Source of the DNA: a candidate division FCPU426 bacterium
Lineage (GTDB): Bacteria > Oederibacteriota > Muellerivitia > Muellerivitales > Muellerivitaceae
Assembly: GCA_963738405.1 (NCBI GenBank)
Contig: CAVTWJ010000013.1
Span: 6,445-70,444, forward strand
DNA length: 64,000 nucleotides
Direction of reading: 5' to 3'
The translations under genes were made by a program, and so were the position numbers. Of this stretch, positions 1 to 8,486 are shown one piece after another. The notes beneath the pieces are model-generated. The model had not been told where the DNA came from. It saw only the letters and a list, made by a program, of their open reading frames with translations, and ran no database searches. Each line of letters opens with the position of its first letter. Within the stretch, counting starts at the first letter, position 1.

Positions 1-1145
1 CTACTATGACCTCCACTCTGACAGGAACAGCCACCCGGACCCAGACTCCCACCGCCACCCGAACCCTTACCTCCACGGCCACAACCACCCAGACGGGAAC
101 CTCTACATCCACCCGAACACAGACCAATACGTCTACGGCCACCTGGACCTTCACGAGAACTTCGACTCAGACTTCCACCCTGACGGCCACCCCCATGTAC
201 ACACAGACGACCACTCAGACTAACACCTCCACCCGCACCACCACCTCGACGGCCACCCCCACGCCCACTACGACCGAAACAGCCACGCAAACCTCGCAAT
301 TCAGTCCCACGAATACCCTCTCACCCACAAATACCATGACGGTCACCACTACTTTTACACCGACCCATACGGGCACCCATACCAGCACGCCAACCATGAC
401 CTTGAGCCCGACCATCACCAGCACCCCGACCCAGACCTTTACCCCTTCCCAAACCTTCACACCTACCAGCACCGCCACTCTGACCTCTACGCCCACCCTA
501 ACCTCGACCCATACGTCCACGAACAGTCCGACCGTGACGAATACCCCTACGGTAACGAGCACCCGCACCGATACACCCGTCTTTACCTACACCCCGACCC
601 AGACCTTCACGTCAACCGCGACTCCAACCTCCACTAGCACGGCCACTCCAACCTCCACTCCCACCCCCTCGAATACGGCGAGCTGGACGCCCAGTTCTAC
701 ACCTGCCAATACAAATACCAAAACCATCACCCCCACCATAACCCAGACTCAAACCTACACACCCACTTGGACTGGAACCCCAAGTCCGACATTCAGCCCA
801 ATGCCGACCTCAACCAACACCCCTACCGCCAGCTCAACGCCTTCAATTACACCCGCTCCCACAGCCATTGTGGGCCATGTGGGGATCTATCCCAACCCGG
901 TAACGGGCCCCACGGTGCAAGTCCTGCCGCCTCCCTATATGGGGGTCGCGAACGTGAGGGTGGAAATCTTTACGCTGGCCTTCCGAAAGGTTCAGGACAC
1001 GATCTTTGATTCGATTCCTTCCGGAACGGCGGTGACGGTCAACCTGACGGGCAGGGGAGGGAACCCCCTGGCGAACGGAATCTATTACGCGGTGGTGACC
1101 GTCCATGAGCAACGTTCCATCGGTAAACTATTGATACTCCGTTAA
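1..1145 (+). CDS. Secreted Thr/Pro-repeat surface protein, 5'-partial, with a C-terminal beta-sandwich sorting-type domain (FlgD-Ig / T9SS type A CTD-like)
   Basis: ORF 6..1145 is open to the window edge. About 285 aa of T-x-T / P-T repeats are followed by ...IYPNPVTGPTVQV...RVEIFTLAFRKV...NPLANGIYYAVVTV...LLILR. Confidence 0.75.
   Translation, partial: TMTSTLTGTATRTQTPTATRTLTSTATTTQTGTSTSTRTQTNTSTATWTFTRTSTQTSTLTATPMYTQTTTQTNTSTRTTTSTATPTPTTTETATQTSQFSPTNTLSPTNTMTVTTTFTPTHTGTHTSTPTMTLSPTITSTPTQTFTPSQTFTPTSTATLTSTPTLTSTHTSTNSPTVTNTPTVTSTRTDTPVFTYTPTQTFTSTATPTSTSTATPTSTPTPSNTASWTPSSTPANTNTKTITPTITQTQTYTPTWTGTPSPTFSPMPTSTNTPTASSTPSITPAPTAIVGHVGIYPNPVTGPTVQVLPPPYMGVANVRVEIFTLAFRKVQDTIFDSIPSGTAVTVNLTGRGGNPLANGIYYAVVTVHEQRSIGKLLILR
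6..860. repeat. Coding low-complexity Thr/Pro (ACN/CCN) repeat
   Basis: Continuous TxT/PT pattern in the translation. The antisense frame gives a Val/Gly-rich artefact ORF (215..568). Confidence 0.9.
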
Positions 1146-1178
1146 GTTTGTTATTCTAAAATTGGGATTCAATCGGTA

Positions 1179-1532
1179 ATGACCACACCTAACATTTCGA
1201 ATAGAAGAAAACATCCCAGGGCTAAGTTTAGGAACCAGATCCATGCCTATCCCGTGCGGGAATCCAAATCGGGAAATATTTTCGAGGTTCAGAAGGACCC
1301 TTTGGCTGTAAAAACCATAGATTTAAGTGAGGCTGGAATCCGATTGGAATGGGGGATATCCAAGCCCTTAAACCCAATCCTCAAGATTAAGATTGAAGTC
1401 AACAATAACGAATCGGTGGACGCGTTCAGCAGGCTGGTCTGGTCTTCTGAAAAATTTACGGGTTATAAGTTTATTCTTTTGGATCAGGGAGCGGAGAAGT
1501 CTATCCGTGATTTAGTGAAGCAATTGGCTTGA
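1179..1532 (+). CDS. PilZ domain protein (c-di-GMP receptor type)
   Basis: RKHPR (RxxxR) and DLSEAG (DxSxxG) motifs at the spacing typical of PilZ. Confidence 0.75.
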   Translation: MTTPNISNRRKHPRAKFRNQIHAYPVRESKSGNIFEVQKDPLAVKTIDLSEAGIRLEWGISKPLNPILKIKIEVNNNESVDAFSRLVWSSEKFTGYKFILLDQGAEKSIRDLVKQLA

Positions 1533-1571
1533 GAGTTACCTTATGGAGGAATTGAAGGTTCAAGGCGCCGG

Positions 1572-1814
1572 GTGGCCTCACATGTGAGTTTAATGTATAA
1601 AAAAAAGATCAACGTACCAAGAAGAAGACGCGCATTGCCAATGACGAAAGGGATATTCGGAATGGGAAAGATCAACAAACCATGGCATGAAAAACATTCC
1701 ATGCCTAAAAACTCAACCCTCGAACAACGCCTGGCTTGGCATATCCAGCATGCCCGGGTTTGCGGGTGTAGGCCCATGCCCACATCACTCAAGGCGCGCC
1801 TAAGAAAAAAATAA
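1572..1814 (+). CDS. Small basic hypothetical protein. The start is uncertain, with alternative ATGs at 1593 and 1641.
   Basis: Open frame with ...KPWHEKHSMPKNSTLEQRLAWHIQHARVCGCRPMP... I recognise no named family with certainty. Confidence 0.4.
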   Translation: MASHVSLMYKKKINVPRRRRALPMTKGIFGMGKINKPWHEKHSMPKNSTLEQRLAWHIQHARVCGCRPMPTSLKARLRKK

Positions 1815-2028
1815 GCTATTAGCTGTTATTTTGTCCACGAGGGGGAGCGCAAGCCCCCGGCTTGGTGCAGGGATCGTGGACAAGACTTTTGGCATTTTTA
1901 TGGATCATTTGGGGGCCATTACATCATTGACTCTTTAAATAATGAGAGTCAAATAGACCCATAGGGGAGCGGTCGTTTTTCTGGTTCGTTTGGAAAAACT
2001 CGCCGAATGACTTTGCGCGAGGCTTCCC

Positions 2029-2562
2029 ATGCGAATAATTCTCACCCTGGTTGTGCTTCCTTTATTGGCCTTGGCCGCCTTTTCCTGCGGTAGCAAAACC
2101 GAAAACCCCACTTCAGCGGGTAGCAACAACGCCACCAGCACCGTCACATCCACTTGTACGCCCACCCAAACACCCGTCTTTACCGCCACGTCCTCTTCAA
2201 CCCGAACGCCTACGAGTACCCTGGTGAACACGGCCACCTTTACGGCCACGTCCACACCCACCGCCACTCCAATTTCCACTTCCACCAACACACCCACCTT
2301 TACTTGCACATCGACCCCCACGGCCACCTTGACCCCCGTCAACACGGATACCTCCACTAGCACCTTTACGGCGACGAATAGTCCCACGGATACGCCGACG
2401 ATCACCCTGACGCCTACGATCACTTCCACCCCGACGATCACCTGCACGCCGATGCCGGGATCGTCCTGGACGGCCCGCACCCTCCCCAGTTCACAGGAAT
2501 GGTACTCCGTGGCCTACGGGAACGGGGTATTTGTGGCCATTGCCGCTAGCGGTACGGCGTAA
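2029..2562 (+). CDS. Lipoprotein with a Thr/Pro linker, probably 3'-truncated
   Basis: Lipobox signal MRIILTLVVLPLLALAAFSCGS, then a PT/ST repeat (about 2134-2458). A single WYSVAYGNGVFVAIAASG blade-like motif is followed immediately by a stop. The transposase gene begins 12 nt later. Confidence 0.6.
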   Translation: MRIILTLVVLPLLALAAFSCGSKTENPTSAGSNNATSTVTSTCTPTQTPVFTATSSSTRTPTSTLVNTATFTATSTPTATPISTSTNTPTFTCTSTPTATLTPVNTDTSTSTFTATNSPTDTPTITLTPTITSTPTITCTPMPGSSWTARTLPSSQEWYSVAYGNGVFVAIAASGTA

Positions 2563-2573
2563 GGTTCATTTAT

Positions 2574-3641
2574 TCACGCAGCCCCCCTGTAATAGAATTT
2601 GAGCAGTCCGCCGAGCCTTTGACGACAGACGATCTTGCCCTTTGGGCTTCCTCTGGTTAGTTCTCGGGCAGGAAAGGGAATACGGCCAAGTCCTTGGTGG
2701 GGACGCTCCCCATGGAAATGAGCGAGATATTCCTTCAAAGAGTTTCGTAACATCGGTTCTCCCAAAATAATCATCTTGGATAAGCATTCTTCCTTTACGG
2801 ACCTTACCCAACGTTCCGCATAGGCATTGAGATTTGGGCTTTGGAAGGGAAGCATCAGGGTTTGGATTCCCTCGTTTTGCAAGATTCGCCGGAAAGTCGG
2901 GCAGAATTGACCGCCCCGATCGTGCAATAAAATCATCCCTTGTTTGAGGAAACCCCAGTCCGGCATGGTTAGGTTTTTGGCTATTTGCTTCATCCAATCC
3001 CCATCAGGGTTGGTCGTGATACCGGCTATGTGGACTTTTCGGCTCGCTTGGTGGATAAGGAAAAGTACGTAATAAGTGGTCAAGCCCCAAGGTTCCCAGA
3101 CCTCCCAAGTGAAAAAATCGGTTCCAACCAGGGCCTCCCAATGGGATTGGGTGAACTTGGCCCAGGTGGGTCCATTCCTGATTCTATCCGAGGCAGGTGT
3201 AAGGCCATGTCGTTTCAAAATATTGCGGATAGTGGTTTTGCCGACAATGAATCCCACCGTTTTCAGGATATCCCGAATATGTTTATAACCCCAAGAGGGA
3301 TTATCCTGGGCGAACTGGACCACCAGCATTTCAATATCCTTGGCCAGAGACGGCCTCCCAGGGCCGCGGTTCTTTGAATAGTCCCACTTTTCACGGACAG
3401 CTTCCCTTTGCCAACGCAGGAGAGTGTCAGGGGTAAAAAGAGTGAGAATTTCTTTAAGGCCTTTTCTTCCTAATTTGGCCGCTGCCTTTGACATGTCCAT
3501 TTTCTGTCCCAAGGTAGGAACGGGTCGTTTGGGAAGGTGGGCCAGGAGAAACCTGATTTGGGATTCGTAGAAGTCCATGAGGGAGCGTTTTTCGGGATTC
3601 AAAAGGGCGGCTAGAAGCGTGAAAAAGATTTGGTAGTTCAT
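2574..3641 (-). CDS. DDE-type integrase/transposase (rve core, IS481/IS3-superfamily-like)
   Basis: N-terminal HTH-like region plus candidate catalytic D..D..E residues (GTDFF, LLHDRGGQF, NAYAERWVRSVKEE). I could not find terminal inverted repeats. Confidence 0.85.
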   Translation of the reverse strand: MNYQIFFTLLAALLNPEKRSLMDFYESQIRFLLAHLPKRPVPTLGQKMDMSKAAAKLGRKGLKEILTLFTPDTLLRWQREAVREKWDYSKNRGPGRPSLAKDIEMLVVQFAQDNPSWGYKHIRDILKTVGFIVGKTTIRNILKRHGLTPASDRIRNGPTWAKFTQSHWEALVGTDFFTWEVWEPWGLTTYYVLFLIHQASRKVHIAGITTNPDGDWMKQIAKNLTMPDWGFLKQGMILLHDRGGQFCPTFRRILQNEGIQTLMLPFQSPNLNAYAERWVRSVKEECLSKMIILGEPMLRNSLKEYLAHFHGERPHQGLGRIPFPARELTRGSPKGKIVCRQRLGGLLKFYYRGAA

Positions 3642-3650
3642 ATCCGTGTC

Positions 3651-4784
3651 CTATGGTTCTGTTAAAATTTTAATAACCCCTCTCGTCAAAGTGTGATCCG
3701 GGCCTAATTCGTCCTTTAATATCCCCAAAGCCTGTTGAAGATCCGACAGGGCTTCATCTTTTTCCCCCAAAGCCGCCTCGTTCTCACCTATTTCCGCCTG
3801 ACAAATCGCCGTAAGAGGATCATCCTTCCCCCACATCTCGACCAAGGTTTTCAGAACCTGTTTCTTAAGCTTCAACGATTCCGCGTGGTCCCCCAAGGCC
3901 AGGTAATCATTCGAAGCCTCATCAAATCGATCAACGTTCATATAATCACAGGAGCCACTGATATAACGGAGATGAACTTTAAGGGCTTTTTGGTAATACC
4001 CCTGGCCTTCATCTTTTTTCCCTAAATCCCTGTAAAAATCCCCCAGCTTTTTATAAAGATTTCCAACCTCGTAATTGTTTTCCGTCAACCTTGCCTTCTT
4101 AAGTTCCAGGGATTTCAATAAATCAGCTTCCGCCAAATCCGGGTGACCGCCCCCTAATTCCGCATCGGACAATGCTTCGATAACTTCACTATTAAAAGGA
4201 CTACCTGAAGGTAATGTCTTGTTGGCCAATGCCATGGCTTTACCAAGGGTTTTTCCGGCATCTTCGTAATTTTTTAAACGAGTATGGGTTTTTCCTAATT
4301 GGAGAAGTTCGCGCAGATAGGAATCATTTACGACAAACCCTTTTTGTCCCTCACGTAAGGCTAATGCCCGTTTTTCTAAAATTTGAGCTTCTTCATCCCT
4401 TTCCAGATCGTCATACAGGACGGCCAAGTTATCGAGGGATTCGGCCACCAGAGGGTCATCCATCCCCAGGATTTGTTCCCGGATCGTAAGGCCTAATTTG
4501 TAATATTTCTCCGCATCCTGGTATTGGCCCAAATACCTTTCCAGCGTGGCGAGGTCGTTCAATACAGGTACGAGTGAAGGATGAAACTGGCCGTATTTTC
4601 CCTGAGCCAAACCCAAGGCCCGCTTTTCTTCCTTTAAAGCAGTGTTTAAATCCCCTTTATTGAAGGCTTCATTAGCCGATTGCCGAGCCTCGAGAAAACT
4701 ATCCACATATTGTTGGGAGAATAGGCTTCCGCAAACCATCAGAAACAGAAGGGAATAGCCAACTAAAGAAAAGCCTCTTTTCAT
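3651..4784 (-). CDS. Secreted tetratricopeptide-repeat protein (TPR_12 / kinesin-light-chain-like repeats)
   Basis: Signal peptide MKRGFSLVGYSLLFLMVCGSLFS, then repeated A..Y...L.I......G..HP..A......LA.LY units. Confidence 0.8.
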   Translation of the reverse strand: MKRGFSLVGYSLLFLMVCGSLFSQQYVDSFLEARQSANEAFNKGDLNTALKEEKRALGLAQGKYGQFHPSLVPVLNDLATLERYLGQYQDAEKYYKLGLTIREQILGMDDPLVAESLDNLAVLYDDLERDEEAQILEKRALALREGQKGFVVNDSYLRELLQLGKTHTRLKNYEDAGKTLGKAMALANKTLPSGSPFNSEVIEALSDAELGGGHPDLAEADLLKSLELKKARLTENNYEVGNLYKKLGDFYRDLGKKDEGQGYYQKALKVHLRYISGSCDYMNVDRFDEASNDYLALGDHAESLKLKKQVLKTLVEMWGKDDPLTAICQAEIGENEAALGEKDEALSDLQQALGILKDELGPDHTLTRGVIKILTEP

Positions 4785-5031
4785 TGGTTCAATTCCTTAG
4801 GGAGGGGTTGGGGTGTCGGTATGGAAATACCCTCAAGCTTTTGAGGTTCAATACAGTCGGGCCCTAAGATGACGATATTGGCGTCCCATTCGAATTTATC
4901 CAGCCAGGTTTTACCCCCGTCGGTTGAATAGGCCGCCCTTGAAAGATGGGCACCCCCGTCAAATGACATCTCGGCCGAATTTGCCAAATCCCCTGAATTT
5001 CCCACCTCCGACACCAAATAACAATCATCGC
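4781..5031 (-). pseudogene. C-terminal remnant of a BNR/sialidase-type repeat protein, cut by IS3
   Basis: The translation contains the BNR motif STDGGKTW. ORF 4781..5104 runs into the IS3 left inverted repeat (from 5032), so its first 24 codons are IS sequence. No N-terminal continuation exists beyond the IS. Confidence 0.55.
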
Positions 5032-5106
5032 TGACCTGCCCCCCAAAAACTGGTCCATTTGAAAAGTCACACTTTTCTATAATGGGCCCAGCCAAAGGGG
5101 GCATTT

Positions 5107-5385
5107 ATGCCAAGGAAGAAACACAGCGCCGAACAGATTATATCCCTGTTGCGCCAAGCCGATGTCGAGCAGTCTAAGGGTCGTTCTGTAGAAGAAATCT
5201 GCCGTGAGCTTCAAATCACCCCGCACACCTATTACCGCTGGAGAAAAGAATACGGCGGCCTCAAGTTGGACCAGGCCAAACGCCTCAAAGAACTGGAGAA
5301 AGAGAATTCCCAGTTAAAGCGCGTGGTGGCTGATCTTTCCCTGGATAACCGCATCCTGAAAGACCTGGCCCGGGGAAACTCCTAA
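5107..5385 (+). CDS. IS3 transposase OrfA (HTH)
   Basis: MPRKKHSAEQIISLLRQ...YYRWRKEYGG...leucine-zipper-like C-terminus, typical of IS3 OrfA. Confidence 0.85.
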   Translation: MPRKKHSAEQIISLLRQADVEQSKGRSVEEICRELQITPHTYYRWRKEYGGLKLDQAKRLKELEKENSQLKRVVADLSLDNRILKDLARGNS

Positions 5386-5408
5386 GCCCGGCGAAACGCC
5401 GAAAAGCC

Positions 5409-6251
5409 GTGAGGGAAGCCTGTGAAAACCACAGGGTTTCCCAAAGGCGAGTCTGTCGGGCCCTCAACCATTCCAGAAGTACCCAACGCTATGTACCACG
5501 AATTAGGCCGGATGAACCGCCCTTAGTGGGACGAACCATTGAGATGGCTTGCCAGTATGGGCGATATGGCTATCGGCGTGTTTGGGGGCTCTTGAGGAAC
5601 GAAGGGTGGCGGGTAAACCACAAACGGGTGGAAAGAATCTGGAGGGAAGCAGGGCTGAAAGTGCCGAAAAAACAGCCGAAACGAAGGAGGCTGTGGTTCA
5701 ACGACGGGTCATGTATTCGCCTGAGAGCTGAGCGGCCAAACCATGTTTGGAGTTACGACTTCGTGTCGGACGTGACGAGCGACAAAAGGCCGATGAGGTT
5801 TTTGACGGTGATCGACGAGTTCACCCACGAAAGCCTGGCTCTGCCGGTTCAAAGAAAGTTTACGGCGGACGATGTTCAGGCTGTTCTGGCGGATCTGTTT
5901 ATCGAGCGAGGAGTACCAGAGTACATTCGTTCGGACAACGGCCCGGAGTTCACGGCCGAGAGGGTGAAGGATTGGCTGCCGAAAGTGGGCGTGAAAACTT
6001 TGTTTATTGAACCTGGAAGCCCATGGGAGAATGGCTACAACGAAAGCTTCAATGGGAAATTCAGGGATGAACTACTGGACGGCGAGATATTCGACACGGT
6101 TTGGGAAGCACGCGTGATCGCCGAGAAGTGGAGGAAGGAGTACAATACGAAACGTCCGCACAGTTCACTGGGGTATCGGCCACCCGCCCCAGAGGCGTAC
6201 AGCATGGAATCAACCAGTCAATTCAGGCCCATGCCGACGTCAAGAAACTGA
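5409..6251 (+). CDS. IS3 transposase OrfB (DDE/rve core), presumably made as an OrfAB fusion by -1 frameshift
   Basis: Motifs HVWSYDF, IRSDNGPEF, PWENGYNESFNGKFRDE. The orfB frame is open from 5349, giving a 37-nt overlap with orfA. No canonical A6G slippery site was recognised. Confidence 0.85.
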   Translation: MREACENHRVSQRRVCRALNHSRSTQRYVPRIRPDEPPLVGRTIEMACQYGRYGYRRVWGLLRNEGWRVNHKRVERIWREAGLKVPKKQPKRRRLWFNDGSCIRLRAERPNHVWSYDFVSDVTSDKRPMRFLTVIDEFTHESLALPVQRKFTADDVQAVLADLFIERGVPEYIRSDNGPEFTAERVKDWLPKVGVKTLFIEPGSPWENGYNESFNGKFRDELLDGEIFDTVWEARVIAEKWRKEYNTKRPHSSLGYRPPAPEAYSMESTSQFRPMPTSRN

Positions 6252-6301
6252 GTCTATAGTGTGAGATATGGTGTGGCACTAAAACCGGGGGCAGGTCACT
6301 A

Positions 6302-6391
6302 TCCACTTTTCAAAACATATTCATTTCTTACAGCCCCCTCCATCCCCGGGGGTTTTTTGTTCCCTAAACCCAAGTTTTGGCCAAGAAATAA
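6302..6391. repeat. Direct repeat copy 1 (90 bp, about 10 mismatches), contains a hairpin plus T-run
   Basis: tccacttttcaaaacatattcatttcttacagccccctccatccccgggggttttttgttccctaaacccaagttttggccaagaaataa aligns without gaps to 7302-7391. Confidence 0.9.
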
Positions 6392-6522
6392 TAAAGCCAC
6401 AATATTTCGAATGAGATTGCGGGATTTTGTTTAACATGTTTGGGGCAGGTAACCATTCCTATCATTTGGACTTCAAGTAAGAAATCAGCTCAATACGGTG
6501 TCGCGGAAGCGAAAAAACTGAG

Positions 6523-7029
6523 GTGGGGAAAAAGCGAGGGATAACCTTGGAAAAACTTAAACTTTATTTGGATACCACTGTTTGGAATTTTCCGTTTGTG
6601 GATGATTCACCCGAGCATCGGGAAGAGACCTTAGAATTCTTCCAAAAAACTCGTCTGGGGTTATTCGATTTGTTCTATTCGGACGCGGTGGAACGAGAAG
6701 TTATCGCAGCACCCCCTTTAAGGCGGCGACAGGTCGAAAAACTATTGGAACAATTTGCGCCTAAAAGACTTGCGTTTCGTACTGAAGTCGACGAATTGGC
6801 GAATGAGTATTTACGACGGTCGGTTTTGCCCAAAGGAAGCTACTTTGATGCCCTACATGTTGCTTATTCCACAGTTTATAAAATGGATGCGCTTGTAAGC
6901 TGGAATTTCCGGCATTTGGCCAATGTTAACCGACGAAGACGGGTTATGTCCCTGAATCGGGAAAAGGGCTATAATTTCCCTATTGAGTTGGTGACGCCAT
7001 TGGAGGTGTTGGGCGATGAGAGGGATTAA
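6523..7029 (+). CDS. PIN-domain (VapC-like) putative toxin
   Basis: LYLDTTVW (N-terminal Asp) and DALHVAYSTVYKMDALVSWNFRHL (C-terminal acidic motif). The start is uncertain (GTG 6523 or TTG 6547). Confidence 0.7.
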   Translation: MGKKRGITLEKLKLYLDTTVWNFPFVDDSPEHREETLEFFQKTRLGLFDLFYSDAVEREVIAAPPLRRRQVEKLLEQFAPKRLAFRTEVDELANEYLRRSVLPKGSYFDALHVAYSTVYKMDALVSWNFRHLANVNRRRRVMSLNREKGYNFPIELVTPLEVLGDERD

Positions 7030-7201
7030 ATACAAAGAAACTAAAAGTTTACTGGAAATAAGGGCGATAAAACGCAAGCTGTCTAGGGAGATTGAGAGAA
7101 TAGGCTTGATTGAATTTCATAAACGCTCTGAGGTGATGGGAAAAGACTTGCGTGATCGGATTGAAAAAGCTCGCCAAGAGAAGTTGGCCGGGAAGAGATA
7201 G
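7016..7201 (+). CDS. Small charged helical protein overlapping the PIN gene, possibly its cognate partner or antitoxin
   Basis: 14-nt overlap with the PIN gene. A 61-aa Lys/Arg/Glu-rich helix-type sequence (LEIRAIKRKLSREIE...). Confidence 0.45.
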   Translation: MRGIKYKETKSLLEIRAIKRKLSREIERIGLIEFHKRSEVMGKDLRDRIEKARQEKLAGKR

Positions 7202-7301
7202 ACCACCTATAGGATTAGCTGCTACAACGGCAGCTCTAATTGCGGGAGTTGCTCTGGTTTTGTTAGCCGGTTTCGCTTTAGAAAAAAAGGGGTCAACACA
7301 T

Positions 7302-7391
7302 TCCACTTTCCGAAACATTTTCATTTCTTATAGCCCCGGCATTCCCGGGGGGTTTTTTGTTCCCTAAACCCAAGTTTTGGCCAATAAATAA
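7302..7391. repeat. Direct repeat copy 2 (offset exactly 1000 bp from copy 1)
   Basis: tccactttccgaaacattttcatttcttatagccccggcattcccggggggttttttgttccctaaacccaagttttggccaataaataa. CCCCGG/CCGGGG stem plus T6. Confidence 0.9.
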
Positions 7392-7547
7392 CGAATAAAT
7401 GCCTTGGGGGTATTCGTATTTTGGGGGTGGATGTGTATTGTCTATATAGAAGGCGGTACAACCGAAGCCGCAGGGGAGGATTCGCGCTGGCTGGGCCTTC
7501 GACTTTTAACCCCATTGACGGGTAACCGGACCATCAAGGAGAAACAA

Positions 7548-8165
7548 ATGCCGACTATCACCAAAACCAGCACGATGCAGGAAGTTCTAGATGCCTATCC
7601 CAGCGCACAAAGGGCGCTTTTTCAAAAGTACCACATTGGCGGATGCCACAGCTGTGGATACGAACCCACGGATGTTCTGGAAGAAGTGGCCCGGAAGCAC
7701 AACATTACAGACATGAATGAAGTGCTGGGTTTCATCGAGGAGGCCGAGCGGATCGACCAGCGCATTCAGGTAAGCCCCCAGAAGGTCTCGGAAGCCCTTA
7801 AAAGCGATAAGGCCCTCCGGTTGATCGATGTGCGTTCCCCGCAAGAATGGGAGATGGCCCATATTGAAGGCGCGGTATTGATGACCGAAGAATTGGCCCG
7901 TGAAATCATGTCTTGGCCCAAAGACACGCACATGGTTTTCCATTGCCACTCCGGGAAGAGAAGCATGGACGCGGCGGCTTACTTTTCCGGCCACGGTTAC
8001 ACCCAAGCCCAATCCATGACCGGCGGCATTGACGCCTGGTCACAGGTTGTGGATCAGACGGTTCCGCGCTACGAAATTGCCCGGGACCCGAGCAGCGGAA
8101 GAGCCAAGCTTCAACCGCTTCGTTTGGTGGTATCGCAGGCCGAAGGGTGCATGAATCCCTCATAA
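7548..8165 (+). CDS. DUF1858 (redox-disulfide CxxC domain) - rhodanese fusion protein
   Basis: AGGAG Shine-Dalgarno (SD) site before ATG 7548. N-terminal ...YHIGGCHSCGYEP..., C-terminal rhodanese with active-site loop HCHSGKRS. Confidence 0.8.
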   Translation: MPTITKTSTMQEVLDAYPSAQRALFQKYHIGGCHSCGYEPTDVLEEVARKHNITDMNEVLGFIEEAERIDQRIQVSPQKVSEALKSDKALRLIDVRSPQEWEMAHIEGAVLMTEELAREIMSWPKDTHMVFHCHSGKRSMDAAAYFSGHGYTQAQSMTGGIDAWSQVVDQTVPRYEIARDPSSGRAKLQPLRLVVSQAEGCMNPS

Positions 8166-8207
8166 AGGGCTTTCATCAAAAAGACATCTCGTTTTTAAAA
8201 GAAGTTT

Positions 8208-8244
8208 AGGCCTTCGCCACATCGGCGAAGGCCTTTTCTTTTTC
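8208..8244 (+). terminator. Rho-independent terminator
   Basis: aggccttcgcc-acatc-ggcgaaggcct followed by tttcttttt. Confidence 0.6.
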
Positions 8245-8295
8245 CCGCCGCCTCTCCTTCTGCATTTTCCAATCCTTTAGCCCGTTCATTCCCCC

Positions 8296-8324
8296 TTGTC
8301 CGTTATGGATGTTGCTGTTAAATT
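8296..8324 (+). promoter_or_regulatory. Candidate sigma70-type promoter for tRNA-Arg
   Basis: TTGTCC, 16-17 nt spacer, TTAAAT/TAAATT, about 15 nt before the tRNA 5' end. Confidence 0.3.
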
Positions 8325-8338
8325 CAGCTCGGGTTCAA

Positions 8339-8415
8339 GTGCCCATAGCTCAATTGGATAGAGCTTCTGACTTCGGATCAGAAGGTTGCAGGTTCAAGTC
8401 CTGCTGGGCACACCA
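8339..8415 (+). tRNA. tRNA-Arg(TCG): tRNA-Arg, anticodon TCG, CCA encoded
   Basis: Hand-folded cloverleaf: GTGCCCA/TGGGCAC acceptor, GCTC/GAGC D stem, TCTGA-CTTCGGA-TCAGA anticodon arm, GCAGG-TTCAAGT-CCTGC T arm, 77 nt. Confidence 0.95.
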
Positions 8416-8486
8416 ATTTTGACCGAAGGTCAAAATAATTAAATACCATTCAAAAGGTGTGAGTAGTGCCGGGTGAATTTTCCGGC

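Larger units (their letters stand above)
5032..6298 (+). mobile_element. IS3-family insertion sequence, complete (1267 bp)
   Basis: Terminal inverted repeats: TGACCTGCCCCC at 5032-5043 and its exact reverse complement at 6287-6298. OrfA/orfB have the usual -1 frame arrangement. No flanking target-site duplication is seen (CGC vs CTA). Confidence 0.85.

Noticed and set aside
215-568. Val/Gly-rich ORFs antisense to PT repeats (215..568, 1935..2480, 25497..25925, 25547..25993, 34086..34352, 40365..40994, 40991..41206)
   Set aside because: They are the reverse complement of ACN/CCN repeat coding sequence. GGN/NGT codons automatically give stop-free V/G/W frames, and there are no start context or domain features.
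2566-3377. ORFs 2566..2997 minus, 2985..3377 plus and 3076..3288 plus overlapping the transposase gene
   Set aside because: The 355-aa frame contains the full HTH plus DDE core. The overlapping frames have no features.
5349-5385. A defined programmed -1 slippery heptamer for IS3 OrfAB
   Set aside because: The overlap window is clear, but I found no canonical A-AAA-AAG type motif. The candidate cggggaaac is not convincing, so no site is annotated.
6302-7391. Integron attC-type recombination sites as an explanation for the 90-bp repeats
   Set aside because: I could not find the RYYYAAC / GTTRRRY core sites or the imperfect internal dyad typical of attC, and no IntI-type integrase is in the window. 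I kept the repeats as an unexplained direct repeat instead. The exactly 1000-bp spacing may be coincidence.
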